A stretch of DNA of 62,482 nt from Acidimicrobiaceae bacterium (lineage in GTDB: Bacteria > Actinomycetota > Acidimicrobiia > Acidimicrobiales > Bog-793), in assembly GCA_003159795.1 (NCBI GenBank), contig PLPK01000052.1, forward strand, positions 1 through 62,482, given 5' to 3'. Below the pieces are notes generated by a model. The model searched no databases. It saw only the letters and a list, made by a program, of their open reading frames with translations, and was not told the DNA's origin. Made by a program: the position numbers and the translations under genes. This document shows positions 38,115 through 48,173 of this stretch, in pieces (position 1 is the first letter of the stretch; every line of letters begins with the position of its first letter).

Positions 38115-39724
38115 GAGACCCCACCCCCGCGCGGACGCTCGTCCTGTGGTGCCCCGACTGGCCGGTGAGCGCCGCCGGGCACCGTCCCGAAGAGGCGGTC
38201 GCCGTTGTCGCCAACGGCAAGGTGGTTGCCGCCTCGGTGGCCGCCCGGCGGGCGGGTGTCCACCCTCCTCAGCGCCGGCGCCAGGCGGAGTCGTGCTGTG
38301 CCGGGCTCGCGATCGTCCCTCGCGACCCTGGGGCCGAGGCCCGGGCCTTCGAGCCGGTCGTCGTCGCGCTGGAGGGCTTTGGGGCGCTCGTCGCCGTCCG
38401 GCGTCCGGGCTGGGCCGCGCTCGCGACCCGCGGGCCGGCCCGGTACTTCGGAGGCGAGGAGTCCTTCGCCGTCGAGGTGGCGGGGGCGGTCGAGGCGCTC
38501 GGCGAACGCCTCGGGCTCGCTGGGGCGTCGCCACCCGCCGTCGAGCGGGCGACCCTCGCCGGTGATTGGTGGCGGATCGGGATCGCCGACGGGCCGTTCA
38601 CGGCGACGATGGCCGCGCAACGAGGCTGCATCGTCCCCCGGGATGAGGCCCGGGCGTTCCTCGCGCCATTCGATATCGAGCGCATCGGGAGCGGGGAACT
38701 CGCCGATCTGCTGCGGCGTCTCGGGGTCACGACCCTCGGCGGCTTCGCCGCACTCGACGAGACCGACGTTCTCGCCCGTTTCGGCCCCGACGGAGCGCGG
38801 CTCCACCGGCTCGTCCGGGGACTCGACGGGCGTTCCCTCGCGGTACGCCCGCGTCCGCGCGATCTCGCCGTCGAGACACTCCTCGAGCCACCCGCCACCG
38901 ACGTCGACACGGCAGCATTCCTCGCGAAGAGTCTCGCCGAGAAGCTCTGCGTTCGGCTCGCTGGCGAGGCGCTCGCCTGCAGTCTTCTGGAGATCGAGGT
39001 CGAGACGTCGACGGGGGACCGGCTCGCGCGCCGTTGGGTGCACGACGGGGCCTGGACTCCGGTACTCGTCGCCGAGCGGCTCCGTTGGCAGCTCGAAGCG
39101 TGGCTCACGGGTGCGGGCCGGCGTGACGCCTCGGACGGGACGACCGAGCGGATCGGGATCGCGCGCGTCCGGCTCTCGCCGGCCGAGGTCGTCCCCGACA
39201 CCGGCCGCCAGCTCGAGCTGTGGGGGCGTCCGCGTACCGACGATGACCGGGTCGCCCGGGTGTTCGCCCGGGTCCAGGGACTGCTCGGGCCCGAGGCGGT
39301 TGTCCGGCCCCTCCTCGTCGGTGGCCGGGGACCGGCCGAACGGGTCCGTCTCTTCCCGTTCGGGGATCCTCTGCCGACCGGCCCCGCCGACGCCGCGCAG
39401 CCGTGGCCGGGGCAGCTGCCCTGCCCGAACCCGACCGTGGTGCCCCAGGAGCCGTATCCGGCCGAGGTGCTTGACAGCGACGGCCGTCATGTCGGCGTGG
39501 ACGGCCGTGGCACGCCGAGCGGGGTGCCGGCGCGCGTCGCCGTTGGCGGACAGCCGGCGTCGGACGTCGTCGCCTGGGCCGGTCCGTGGCCTGTCGACGA
39601 GCAGTGGTGGGACACGGCCGTGCGCCGCCGGCGCGCCCGGCTCCAGGTCGTGACGGTGGGCGGTGAGGCGTACCTGCTCGCCCTCGACCGGGGTCGCTGG
39701 GTCGTCGAGGGGAGCTACGACTGA
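38111..39724 (+). CDS. imuB: ImuB (inactive Y-family polymerase)
   Basis: LVLWCPDWP, EARAFEPV, RYFGGE, PWPGQLP.P.P, WAGPWPVDEQWW, EGSYD. Confidence 0.92.
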   Translation: MRDPTPARTLVLWCPDWPVSAAGHRPEEAVAVVANGKVVAASVAARRAGVHPPQRRRQAESCCAGLAIVPRDPGAEARAFEPVVVALEGFGALVAVRRPGWAALATRGPARYFGGEESFAVEVAGAVEALGERLGLAGASPPAVERATLAGDWWRIGIADGPFTATMAAQRGCIVPRDEARAFLAPFDIERIGSGELADLLRRLGVTTLGGFAALDETDVLARFGPDGARLHRLVRGLDGRSLAVRPRPRDLAVETLLEPPATDVDTAAFLAKSLAEKLCVRLAGEALACSLLEIEVETSTGDRLARRWVHDGAWTPVLVAERLRWQLEAWLTGAGRRDASDGTTERIGIARVRLSPAEVVPDTGRQLELWGRPRTDDDRVARVFARVQGLLGPEAVVRPLLVGGRGPAERVRLFPFGDPLPTGPADAAQPWPGQLPCPNPTVVPQEPYPAEVLDSDGRHVGVDGRGTPSGVPARVAVGGQPASDVVAWAGPWPVDEQWWDTAVRRRRARLQVVTVGGEAYLLALDRGRWVVEGSYD

Positions 39725-39780
39725 CGCCGCGCACGACGGCGAGCCGCGAGAATCTACCCAGCGAGAAGAAGGAAGGTTCG

Positions 39781-41358
39781 ATGGACGCAGCACCGATCAC
39801 AGATCCGCATCCGCCCTCCGCCGAACTCGCCTACGCCGGTGTGGCCGCGCTCGGACAGGCGCTAGAGGCCGGCGAGACGACGAGCGCTGAGCTGACCGAG
39901 GCGCTCCTCGCGCGCATTGCCGCGCTTGACACCGCCGGGCCGCGGCTGCACGCCGTCCTCGCCGTCGACGAGGCGGCGGTCGAGGTCGCGCGGCAGCGCG
40001 ACGCCGAACGTGCCGCGAAGGCGGTGTGCGGGCCGCTGCACGGCATCCCGGTTCTCGTGAAGGACAACCTCGACACGGCCGGGTTCGCCTCGACGGCGGG
40101 CTCGCTCGCCCTTGCCTCCCACCCGCCCACGGCCGACTCCTCCGCTGTGCGTCAGCTGCGCGCGGCCGGTGCGGTTGTCCTGGGCAAGACGAACCTTTCG
40201 GAGTGGGCGAACTTCCGAGGGGTGCACGCCTCGTCTGGCTGGAGCGCCGTCGGCGGCCAGACGCGCAACCCGTTCGCCCTCGACCGGAGCCCGGGCGGCT
40301 CGTCGTCGGGGTCGGGCGCCGCCGTCGCCGCGGGGCTCGCGCCGCTCGCCGTCGGCACCGAGACCGACGGCTCGATCCTCTGCCCCGCGGCCGTGGCCGG
40401 GCTCGTCGGCATGAAGCCGACGGTCGGGCTCGTGAGCCGCGGCGGCGTCGTGCCGATCGCCGCGAGTCAGGACACGCCGGGCCCGATGGCCCGTTCGGTT
40501 CTGGACGCCGCGACGCTGCTCGGCGCGCTCACCGGAGCCGACCCCGCCGATCCGGCGTGCGCCCGCCAGCCGGCAGACCTCCCCGCCGACTACCGGCCGT
40601 TCTGCCGGCCCGACGGCCTCGTCGGCCGCCGGATCGGCGTCCCGCGCGCGGCCGGGAGCGAGCGGGCGCGGTTCCGCTTCTCCGGCTACCACTCCGCTGC
40701 GGATGCCCTGTTCGACGGGGCGGTCGCGGCGCTACGCGCCGCCGGCGCGACGGTCGTCGAGACCGTCGAGGTCCCGGGTGCCGAGGAGGTGGTGGAGTCC
40801 GAGGACGATCTCGTCGTGCTCTGTCACGAGTTCCACGCCGGACTCGACTCGTACCTCGCGGCCCGCGCCGCGGCGAGCCGCGGGGGACCCCGGTCGCTTG
40901 CCGAGGTGATCGAGTTCAACTCGGCCCACGCCGACGCCGAGCTGGCGTTTTTCGGCCAGGAGCTCCTCGCGCGTGCTGTCGCGACCGGGGGCCTGGACGA
41001 CGCGGCCTACCGCGGTGCCCGGGCTCGCGAGCTCGAGCGCTCGACGGTGAGGGGGATCGACCATGCGCTCGACGGGAGTGGCATCGACGCGCTCGCCGTG
41101 CTGACGACGTCCCCGGCCTGGTTGATCGACCACGTGAACGGCGACGCCTTCCTCGGGGCCGGCTACAGCATCGCCGCGGTGGCGGGCTACCCGTCGATCA
41201 CGGTCCCGATCGGCACGGTGCACGGACTGCCAGTCGGACTGGCGTTCCTCGGCCGGGCGTGGAGCGAGGGCGTGCTGTTCTCGCTCGCCGCCGGCCTCGA
41301 GGCCGCGCTCGGGCTGGTGCTGCGTCCGGGCTACCCGCCGGCGAGCACGCTCGCCTGA
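39781..41358 (+). CDS. Amidase signature family enzyme
   Basis: VKDNLDT, GKTNLSEWANFR, GGSSSGS, GTETDGSILCPA. Confidence 0.92.
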   Translation: MDAAPITDPHPPSAELAYAGVAALGQALEAGETTSAELTEALLARIAALDTAGPRLHAVLAVDEAAVEVARQRDAERAAKAVCGPLHGIPVLVKDNLDTAGFASTAGSLALASHPPTADSSAVRQLRAAGAVVLGKTNLSEWANFRGVHASSGWSAVGGQTRNPFALDRSPGGSSSGSGAAVAAGLAPLAVGTETDGSILCPAAVAGLVGMKPTVGLVSRGGVVPIAASQDTPGPMARSVLDAATLLGALTGADPADPACARQPADLPADYRPFCRPDGLVGRRIGVPRAAGSERARFRFSGYHSAADALFDGAVAALRAAGATVVETVEVPGAEEVVESEDDLVVLCHEFHAGLDSYLAARAAASRGGPRSLAEVIEFNSAHADAELAFFGQELLARAVATGGLDDAAYRGARARELERSTVRGIDHALDGSGIDALAVLTTSPAWLIDHVNGDAFLGAGYSIAAVAGYPSITVPIGTVHGLPVGLAFLGRAWSEGVLFSLAAGLEAALGLVLRPGYPPASTLA

Positions 41359-41407
41359 GGGGGATCGGCCGGCGGACGCGGCGGGGCAGGTGGGGGCCTC
41401 TAGCAAA

Positions 41408-41429
41408 TCGAACATATGTTCGATATCGT
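41408..41429 (+). promoter_or_regulatory. LexA box plus -10 element for dnaE2
   Basis: Perfect TCGAACATATGTTCGA followed by TATCGT. Confidence 0.92.
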
Positions 41430-41435
41430 CGTCCG

Positions 41436-44400
41436 ATCAGTTCGTTCAACCCGATCATCCCCTGGTCCGAGCTCGAGCGCCGTCTCTCGGGACGGCGTGA
41501 CGGCCACACGCCCGCCACCGCGGGGCGCGCGCTGGTCCGCGAGGAGGCGGCGTCGGAGGGTCGCGAGCCCTTCCGGGGCGGGGTGCCCTACGCGGAGCTG
41601 CACTGCCATTCGAACTTCAGCTTCCTCGACGGCGCCTCGAGCCCCGAGGAGCTCGCCGAGGAGGCGGCGCGTCTCGGCCTCGAGGCGCTCGCGCTCACCG
41701 ACCACGACGGGTGCTACGGCATCGTCCGCTTCGCCGCCGCCGCCCGGGAGGTCTCGCTGCCGACCGTCTTCGGCGCCGAGCTCTCGCTGCCGACGGGGGG
41801 CGCCCGGCGGCCCGAGGCGCGGGCCGGCGCGATCGATCCCGCGGCCACCCACCTCGTCGTGCTGGCGCGGGATCCCGAGGGGTACGCCCGGTTGTCGACG
41901 GCGATCGCCCGGGCCCATCTCGCGGGAGGGGAGAAGGGGCGGCCGGCTTTCGACCTCGGGATCCTCGCCGGGGCCCACGCCGGCCACTGGTGCGTCCTCA
42001 CCGGCTGCCGGCGCGGCGCCGTGCCCGCGGCGCTCCTCGCTCAGGGGCCGGCCGCGGCGGGGCGCGAGCTTGCCCGTCTCGTCGAGGCGTTCGGCCGTGA
42101 CAACGTGGTCGTCGAGCTGTTCGACCACAACACGCCGCTCGACGAGGCGCGCAACGACGTCCTCGCGGAGCTCGCGATCCGCGCCGGCGTCGGCCTCGTC
42201 GCGACGACGAACGCGCACTATGCGACGCCGACGGGTTACGTGCTGGCGACGGCGCTCGCCGCGGTGCGCGCCCGACGCAGTCTTGAGGAGGTCGACGGCT
42301 GGCTCCCGCCGTGGGCCGGGGCCTCGCTGCGCTCGGGGGCCGAGCAGGCGCGGCGGTTCCGCCGCTATCCCGGGGCGGTCGAGGCCGCCGCCGAACTCGG
42401 TCGGTCGTGCGCCTTCGACCTCCGGCTCATCGCCCCGGGCCTCCCTCCGTTCCCGGTGCCGGACGGAGCCGACGAGGCGGGGTTCCTGCGCACTCTCGTC
42501 GAGGCGGGTGGCACCCGCCGCTATGGCCCGCGCGGCGCCGAGCGGGTCGCCGGCGCTTGGGAGGCGATCGACCGGGAGCTCGGCATCATCGAGATGCTCG
42601 GCTTCCCTGGCTACTTCCTCGTCGTCTGGGACATCGTCGAGTTCTGCCGGCGGGCGAACATCTTCTGCCAGGGGAGGGGGTCGGCGGCGAACTCGGCGGT
42701 CTGCTACGCCCTCGGGATCACGAACGCCGACGCCGTGGCGCTCGGATTGTTGTTCGAGCGGTTCCTGTCGCCCGCCCGCGACGGGCCCCCCGACATCGAC
42801 CTCGACATCGAGTCCGGCCGGCGGGACGAGGTCATCAGCTACGTCTACGACCGCTACGGGCGGGAGCACGCCGCCCAGGTGGCGAACGTCATCACCTACC
42901 GCCCGCGCTCGGCAGTCCGCGACGCCGGGCGGGCGCTCGGCTACCCGCTCGGCGCCATCGACACCTGGGCGTCGGCGGTCAGGACGGCGTTCGTCGCGAG
43001 CGTCGGGCGCCCCGCGCCGCCCGGCACCCGGGCCGAAGTCGATCCCGGCGGGTTGGGCATCCCGCCGGAGGTGGTGCGTCTCGCGGCCGAGTTCGAGGGC
43101 TTCCCGCGGCACCTCGGCATCCACTCGGGGGGGATGGTGATCTGCGACCGGCCGGTGATCGCCGTCTGCCCGGTCGAGTGGGCCCGCCGGGAGGGGCGCT
43201 CTGTCCTCCAGTGGGATAAGGAGGACTGCGCGGCCGTCGGGCTCGTGAAGTTCGACCTGTTGGGCCTCGGCATGCTCGAGGCGCTCCACCGCATGGTCGA
43301 CCTCGTCGGGGCCCGCCACGGGGTGTCGGTCGAGCTCGCGACGATCCCCCAGGAGGACGCCGTCTACGACATGCTCACCCGAGCGGACTCGATCGGGGTG
43401 TTCCAGGTCGAGAGCCGCGCCCAGATGGCGACGCTGCCGCGGCTGCGCCCCCGGGTCTTCTACGACCTCGTCGTCGAGGTCGCGCTGATCCGGCCCGGGC
43501 CGATCCAGGGCGGTTCGGTCCACCCCTACCTGCGGCGTCGCAACGGCGAGGAGGAGGTGCGCTACCTCCACCCCCTCTTGGAGAAGGCGCTCAGAAAGAC
43601 GCTCGGCGTGCCGCTTTTCCAGGAGCAGCTGATGCAGATCGCGATCGACGTCGCCGGGTTCAGCGCCGTCGAGGCGGACCAGCTCCGCCAGGCGATGAGC
43701 GCCAAGCGCTCGGCGGCGCGCATGGAACGGCTGCGGGGGCGCCTCTACGCGGGGATGGCGGAGCGCGGGATCGTCGGCGAAGTCGCCGACACGATCTACG
43801 AACAGCTCGCCGCCTTCGCCAACTTTGGCTTCCCCGAGTCCCACTCGGTCTCGTTCGCCTACCTCGTCTACGCCTCGGCGTGGTTCAAGTACCGCTACCC
43901 CGCGGCCTTCCTCGCGGCGCTCCTGAACTCCCAGCCGATGGGGTTCTGGTCGCCCGAGAGCCTCGTCGCCGACGGCCGGCGCCACGGGGTCTCGACGCTC
44001 CGTCCCGACGTGAACCGGAGTGCCGCCGACGCGGTCCTCGTCGACGATCCGGCCCACCCCGGCGGGACGGCGGTGCGCCTCGGCCTCGCCTCGGTCCGGG
44101 GGATCGGGACCGAGCTCGCCGGCAGGATCGCCGCCGGGGTGCCGTACGCGAGCATCGACGACCTCGCGCGCCGGGTCGGGCCAGGCCGGGCGCAGCTCGA
44201 GTCGTTGGCGATGGCGGACGCCCTCGCCGGGCTCGGGGCGGTCGAGGGGGCCGCCCGGGCCGGGTCGGGCGCCTCGCGGCGGGCGGCGCTGTGGGCCGCG
44301 GGGGTGCTCGCCGGAGGGAGCCCGGCGCGCCTGCCGGGCATGGTCCCCGGGGCGGTCGCGCCCGAGCTGCCGGCGATGAGCGAGGTCGACGTCCTTGGCG

Positions 44401-44792
44401 CCGACCTCTGGGCGACGGGTGTCTCGACCGAGAACCACCCCATCGCGCCGTTGCGGGAGTGGCTCGCGGCCCGCGGTGCCGTCCCGGCGGCCTCGCTCGT
44501 CGTGCTGGATGGCCCCGCCCGGGTGCTCGTGGCGGGGATCGTCACCCACCGCCAGCGGCCGTCGACCGCGGGCGGCACGGTGTTCATCAACCTCGAGGAC
44601 GAGACGGGAGTCGTCAACGTCATCTGCTCCCCGGGGCTGTGGACCCACCACCGCGGGTCCGCCGCACAGGCGCCGGCGCTCATCGTCCGGGGCCGTCTCG
44701 AGGGGGCCGGCGCGGCCCGCTCGGTCGTCGCCGAGCGCCTCGAGCCGCTCGAGCTCGCACTGGCGGTCAGCCGTTCCCGTGACTTCCGCTGA
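41436..44792 (+). CDS. dnaE2: Error-prone DNA polymerase III alpha (ImuC)
   Basis: PWSELERRL, YAELHCHSNFSFLDG PHP, GRGSAANS, PDIDLD, C-terminal SRDFR; start ambiguous (ATC 41436 or GTG 41583). Confidence 0.95.
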   Translation: MSSFNPIIPWSELERRLSGRRDGHTPATAGRALVREEAASEGREPFRGGVPYAELHCHSNFSFLDGASSPEELAEEAARLGLEALALTDHDGCYGIVRFAAAAREVSLPTVFGAELSLPTGGARRPEARAGAIDPAATHLVVLARDPEGYARLSTAIARAHLAGGEKGRPAFDLGILAGAHAGHWCVLTGCRRGAVPAALLAQGPAAAGRELARLVEAFGRDNVVVELFDHNTPLDEARNDVLAELAIRAGVGLVATTNAHYATPTGYVLATALAAVRARRSLEEVDGWLPPWAGASLRSGAEQARRFRRYPGAVEAAAELGRSCAFDLRLIAPGLPPFPVPDGADEAGFLRTLVEAGGTRRYGPRGAERVAGAWEAIDRELGIIEMLGFPGYFLVVWDIVEFCRRANIFCQGRGSAANSAVCYALGITNADAVALGLLFERFLSPARDGPPDIDLDIESGRRDEVISYVYDRYGREHAAQVANVITYRPRSAVRDAGRALGYPLGAIDTWASAVRTAFVASVGRPAPPGTRAEVDPGGLGIPPEVVRLAAEFEGFPRHLGIHSGGMVICDRPVIAVCPVEWARREGRSVLQWDKEDCAAVGLVKFDLLGLGMLEALHRMVDLVGARHGVSVELATIPQEDAVYDMLTRADSIGVFQVESRAQMATLPRLRPRVFYDLVVEVALIRPGPIQGGSVHPYLRRRNGEEEVRYLHPLLEKALRKTLGVPLFQEQLMQIAIDVAGFSAVEADQLRQAMSAKRSAARMERLRGRLYAGMAERGIVGEVADTIYEQLAAFANFGFPESHSVSFAYLVYASAWFKYRYPAAFLAALLNSQPMGFWSPESLVADGRRHGVSTLRPDVNRSAADAVLVDDPAHPGGTAVRLGLASVRGIGTELAGRIAAGVPYASIDDLARRVGPGRAQLESLAMADALAGLGAVEGAARAGSGASRRAALWAAGVLAGGSPARLPGMVPGAVAPELPAMSEVDVLGADLWATGVSTENHPIAPLREWLAARGAVPAASLVVLDGPARVLVAGIVTHRQRPSTAGGTVFINLEDETGVVNVICSPGLWTHHRGSAAQAPALIVRGRLEGAGAARSVVAERLEPLELALAVSRSRDFR

Positions 44793-44998
44793 CGCCGTAC
44801 TCGACCACTCTCGGCGCGAGCCATCTACCTGGTCTCACTCTCCGGGAGGCCAAAAACCGATATACCACTCCTAGTGCTGGTACCGTTGGACTATGGCGCT
44901 CACCTGAAAGTGCTAGTCAGATGCTTTATGAACACGAGGAGTGGTGAATATTGATTGCATCTTGACTTAGAGTGGTCATAGGTGTCACACTGCGTGGT

Positions 44999-45736
44999 AT
45001 GCAGAACACGACAGAGGCGGAGCTTCTCCAGAAGACCCAAGCCCTGGGCCAAATGGTCCAGCTGGGCGAATGGGTCATCGAGGCGAAGACGCTGGGCGGG
45101 GAAGGGACTCCCATCGACGAGGTCCTCGCCAGGGGCGGGACCTTCTACGGACGTGAGGTCCTGAATGCCTGGCGTTTCCTCCCGGCGACGAGTTGGCGCC
45201 TCGCCTACGAGGACCAGATGAACCGGGTCTACTGCGCGCCCGAACCCGGGGCCGAGGGCGAATGGGCTGTCGCGCCCCTGAAGCTCGAGTCCGGCATCTG
45301 GCGTGCCGGCAGCGCGGCGCGCAACCTGCGCCCGATCGTCACGAGCATGTCGCCGACCAAGGACCTCGAACTCATGTGGCCGGTCGAGCAGGTCATCGTG
45401 CGCGGCCAGGCCCCGCAGCTCTACGCCAAAGTGAAGAACACGAGCGCCGAGCTGTGGTCGGCCGACGGCGAGAAGCCCCTCGAGGTCGTCGCTTGGCTGC
45501 TCGAGCTGCCGTCGAACCGGCGCCTGCTCGCCTCGCGTGACGACGAACTTTCCCCCAGCCCGAACCGCTCTCGAAAGACCATCCTCGTCCCGCCTGGCGC
45601 GGCGATCGAGGTACCCGTCAGGTTGGCGACGATCGCCCCGGAGAGCTTGGTCCCCGGCACCTACGGGATCATCGGCCGCCTCGAGCGGCTCGGCCTGACC
45701 TCGACGACCGGAACGGTGATCGTCGTCGAACGCTGA
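44999..45736 (+). CDS. Hypothetical protein with Ig-like C-terminal part
   Basis: Long ORF with GC3-rich codons, TTGACT promoter-like element upstream, terminator downstream. Confidence 0.6.
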   Translation: MQNTTEAELLQKTQALGQMVQLGEWVIEAKTLGGEGTPIDEVLARGGTFYGREVLNAWRFLPATSWRLAYEDQMNRVYCAPEPGAEGEWAVAPLKLESGIWRAGSAARNLRPIVTSMSPTKDLELMWPVEQVIVRGQAPQLYAKVKNTSAELWSADGEKPLEVVAWLLELPSNRRLLASRDDELSPSPNRSRKTILVPPGAAIEVPVRLATIAPESLVPGTYGIIGRLERLGLTSTTGTVIVVER

Positions 45737-45748
45737 TCGCAACCCGAG

Positions 45749-45787
45749 AACGACAAGAGCCCGGCTAACAGCCGGGCTCTTGTCGTT
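45749..45787. terminator. Bidirectional intrinsic terminator hairpin
   Basis: AACGACAAGAGCCCGGCT-AAC-AGCCGGGCTCTTGTCGTT perfect stem between convergent genes. Confidence 0.85.
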
Positions 45788-45803
45788 TGCGAGATCGGGA
45801 ACC

Positions 45804-46136
45804 TCAGTCGTCGAGCTTGAAGTCCCCCCCCGCCGCCGGGGCCGAGCCACTGTCCGGTTCGGTGGACGTCGGCGTCGCGGCCGCTTCCGCCGCCACCGCG
45901 GCAGTCTCCTCGTGCTCTTTCAGGGCGGCGACGAGGCGGTCGATCTCGCCGGCCGCGTTGGCGTCGCCGGATCCGGTGCGCTGCGCGTACACGGCGGCGC
46001 CGAGGTCGCGGAACATCGCGTCCTGCTCGCGCTTGGCCTTCGCCTCATCGAACTTGGCCTGCCCGGCTTTCGCGGCCTGCTGAGCCTTCTGGGCCGCCTG
46101 GGCGGCACCAGCCTTCATCTTGTCCATGAACGGCAT
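45804..46136 (-). CDS. Hypothetical helical protein
   Basis: AGGAGGA RBS; FMDKMK...FRDLGAAVY pattern. Confidence 0.7.
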   Translation of the reverse strand: MPFMDKMKAGAAQAAQKAQQAAKAGQAKFDEAKAKREQDAMFRDLGAAVYAQRTGSGDANAAGEIDRLVAALKEHEETAAVAAEAAATPTSTEPDSGSAPAAGGDFKLDD

Positions 46137-46167
46137 GGCTTCCTCCTAATCGGGAATCTTCGGTTGC

Positions 46168-46968
46168 CTAGAGCCTGTCGAGGAGGCCGCCGCCCTGACG
46201 CACGCCGCGCCTCTGGTCCTCGTTGCGCTCCTCGGTCTCGAGGTTGTAGTGCAAGGTTGACTGCAGGATCACCGGTCCGCTGCCCGACAGCGAGATGAGG
46301 CTCAGTCCCTGCCCACCGAACGCGGCGGTCATCATGGTCTGCATGTTGAGTGCGCCGACGTAGTCGACTCCGTACTCGATGGTCTCGGCGAAGGCGACGA
46401 GCGCCCCGGCGTGCACCTGGATCTTGCCGCCGTAGTTGGCGGGGTCGAGGTCGATGAGCGTCCCGCCGCCGCTGACGAGCAAGGTCCCGGAGCCGGTGAA
46501 GTGCTCGAGGATGTAGCCCTCGCCGCTGCGCCGGCCGGAGCGGAACTTGGAGAGCGCGATGCCAAACTTCACGCTGTCCTCGGCGCAGATGAACGCCTCT
46601 TTCTCCGTGAACCAGCCCGTCGTCCCGTCGAGCTCGATCACGCGCATCTGGCCGGGCAGGTTCCCCCCGAAGGAGACGAGTCCGGAGCCCCCCTCGGGGC
46701 GGAACCACTGGAAGGCGAGGCTCTGGCCGGAAAGCACGCGCTTGCCGACGTCGGTCGCCGTCGACAGCGCCTGTTGGAGCAGGCCGCCCTTCTTCGCCGG
46801 AGTCCCCGAATCGTCGGTGCCCGACGGCGTGCTGAGGCGCGTCTCCATCGTTACGTTCGTCGTCTTCCAGCGGAACTTGTTCGAGTTCGTGTAGATCGTC
46901 TGCCCCTGCTCGAGCTGGCAGGTGACCGACTGTGCGAGTTCCCCGGCGATCTTCATCTTGATCGTCAC
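46168..46968 (-). CDS. AIM24 / TIGR00266 family protein
   Basis: AGGAGG RBS; LSGQSLAF, GEGYILEHFTGSG, GGQGL..LSGSGPVILQS. Confidence 0.85.
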   Translation of the reverse strand: MTIKMKIAGELAQSVTCQLEQGQTIYTNSNKFRWKTTNVTMETRLSTPSGTDDSGTPAKKGGLLQQALSTATDVGKRVLSGQSLAFQWFRPEGGSGLVSFGGNLPGQMRVIELDGTTGWFTEKEAFICAEDSVKFGIALSKFRSGRRSGEGYILEHFTGSGTLLVSGGGTLIDLDPANYGGKIQVHAGALVAFAETIEYGVDYVGALNMQTMMTAAFGGQGLSLISLSGSGPVILQSTLHYNLETEERNEDQRRGVRQGGGLLDRL

Positions 46969-47198
46969 TACCGACCTCCTCGAAGCGAACGGCACCCGGT
47001 GGTCCCGACGGTATCGCGGCCGCCGGCTCGGAGCCGCGGCCGCCCCCCGGGGTCGACGCCTGTCCTGTTGTAACGGCGGCATCATGCTCGCACAGCGCTT
47101 GGCAAACCGCACGGGCGGCACGGGGGCCTGAACGGCCCTACGGCCAGATGGACGCCCGGTGACCTAGCATTTCATGCAGACCACGTGAGGAGGTCCCG

Positions 47199-47426
47199 AT
47201 GCGGCGGCGACGTGAACCCCAGCCCGTTCCCGCAGTCCCGGCGTGGCAGGTGGCGCCGGACCACCCCCCGGCGGTCCGCCAGGATCTCGCCATCCAGCTC
47301 GCCGAGGTCGACCGGCTCGTCCAGAGGATCGCCGTCGACCGGCCGGAAGGGGGCGACCTCAACACGCTCGCCACGGCCGTCCACGTCCTCATCGATTGCA
47401 TCCGGGATCTCCACGGGATCACGTAG
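47199..47426 (+). CDS. Small hypothetical protein
   Basis: GAGGAGG RBS, amphipathic helix. Confidence 0.5.
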   Translation: MRRRREPQPVPAVPAWQVAPDHPPAVRQDLAIQLAEVDRLVQRIAVDRPEGGDLNTLATAVHVLIDCIRDLHGIT

Positions 47427-47498
47427 CGGTTTTTCCCGCCGGGTCACCCGCCCGTCGGTCACGGTCCCGGTTCCCTCCGCCCTGGCGGGCCGCAGCGG

Positions 47499-48173
47499 TC
47501 AGGGGCCGGGACGTCGCGCCGCCCGGCCGAGTAGCTCGATGACCTCGGCGTCGGAAGTCTGCGCGAAGTCCGCGTACCACTCGCCAACAGAGCTGAACCC
47601 CACCGGGGCCAGCAGGCAGACGAGCTCGTCGACCGCGCCGGCGAGCTCGCGCAGCGATCCGGCGGGGGCGACGGGGACGGCGAGGACGACCCGGGTAGCG
47701 CCCTGGGCACGGGCGACCTGACAGGCGGCACGGGTCGTCGCACCGGTCGCGACGCCGTCGTCGACGACGATGACACCGTGCCCGGTGAGGGCGACGCCCT
47801 CCCGTCCAGCGCGGAAGAGATCGGCGCGCCGGGCCACCTCGGCCGTCTCCCGTCCTTCGATCGCCGCGAGCTCGTCGTCACCGATCCCCGCGGCGGCCGC
47901 CAGGGTGGCGTTGAGGACCCGGACGCCGTTCTCGCCGACGGCGCCGAGCGCGAGCTCGGGCTGCCAGGGTGCGCCGAGTTTGCGCACGACGATCACGTCG
48001 AGCGCCAGCCCGAGAGCCTCGGCGATCTCGAAGGCTATGGGCACGCCCCCGCGGGGCAGTCCCGTGACGACGGTGTCGGTTCCCCGGTACTCCTCGAGGG
48101 CTGCGGCGAGCTGCCTGCCCGCGTCGGTGCGGTTGGTGAACCGCCCGCGTGGCCGACCGGTGGAGAAGCGCAT
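47499..48173 (-). CDS. Phosphoribosyltransferase
   Basis: FTNRTDAGRQLA, GLPRGGVP, VRKLGAP, VVDDGVATGAT. Confidence 0.9.
   Translation of the reverse strand: MRFSTGRPRGRFTNRTDAGRQLAAALEEYRGTDTVVTGLPRGGVPIAFEIAEALGLALDVIVVRKLGAPWQPELALGAVGENGVRVLNATLAAAAGIGDDELAAIEGRETAEVARRADLFRAGREGVALTGHGVIVVDDGVATGATTRAACQVARAQGATRVVLAVPVAPAGSLRELAGAVDELVCLLAPVGFSSVGEWYADFAQTSDAEVIELLGRAARRPGP

Noticed and set aside
40026-41435. 1588-aa ORF call extending dnaE2 upstream
   Set aside because: The extension overlaps the amidase in another frame and is Arg/Gly junk; the SOS promoter at 41408 marks the true 5' end.
41400-44651. Long antisense ORFs (also 37391-39793, 29174-30589, 26783-28180, 23789-25513)
   Set aside because: Shadow ORFs of high-GC3 genes on the opposite strand, with no family motifs.
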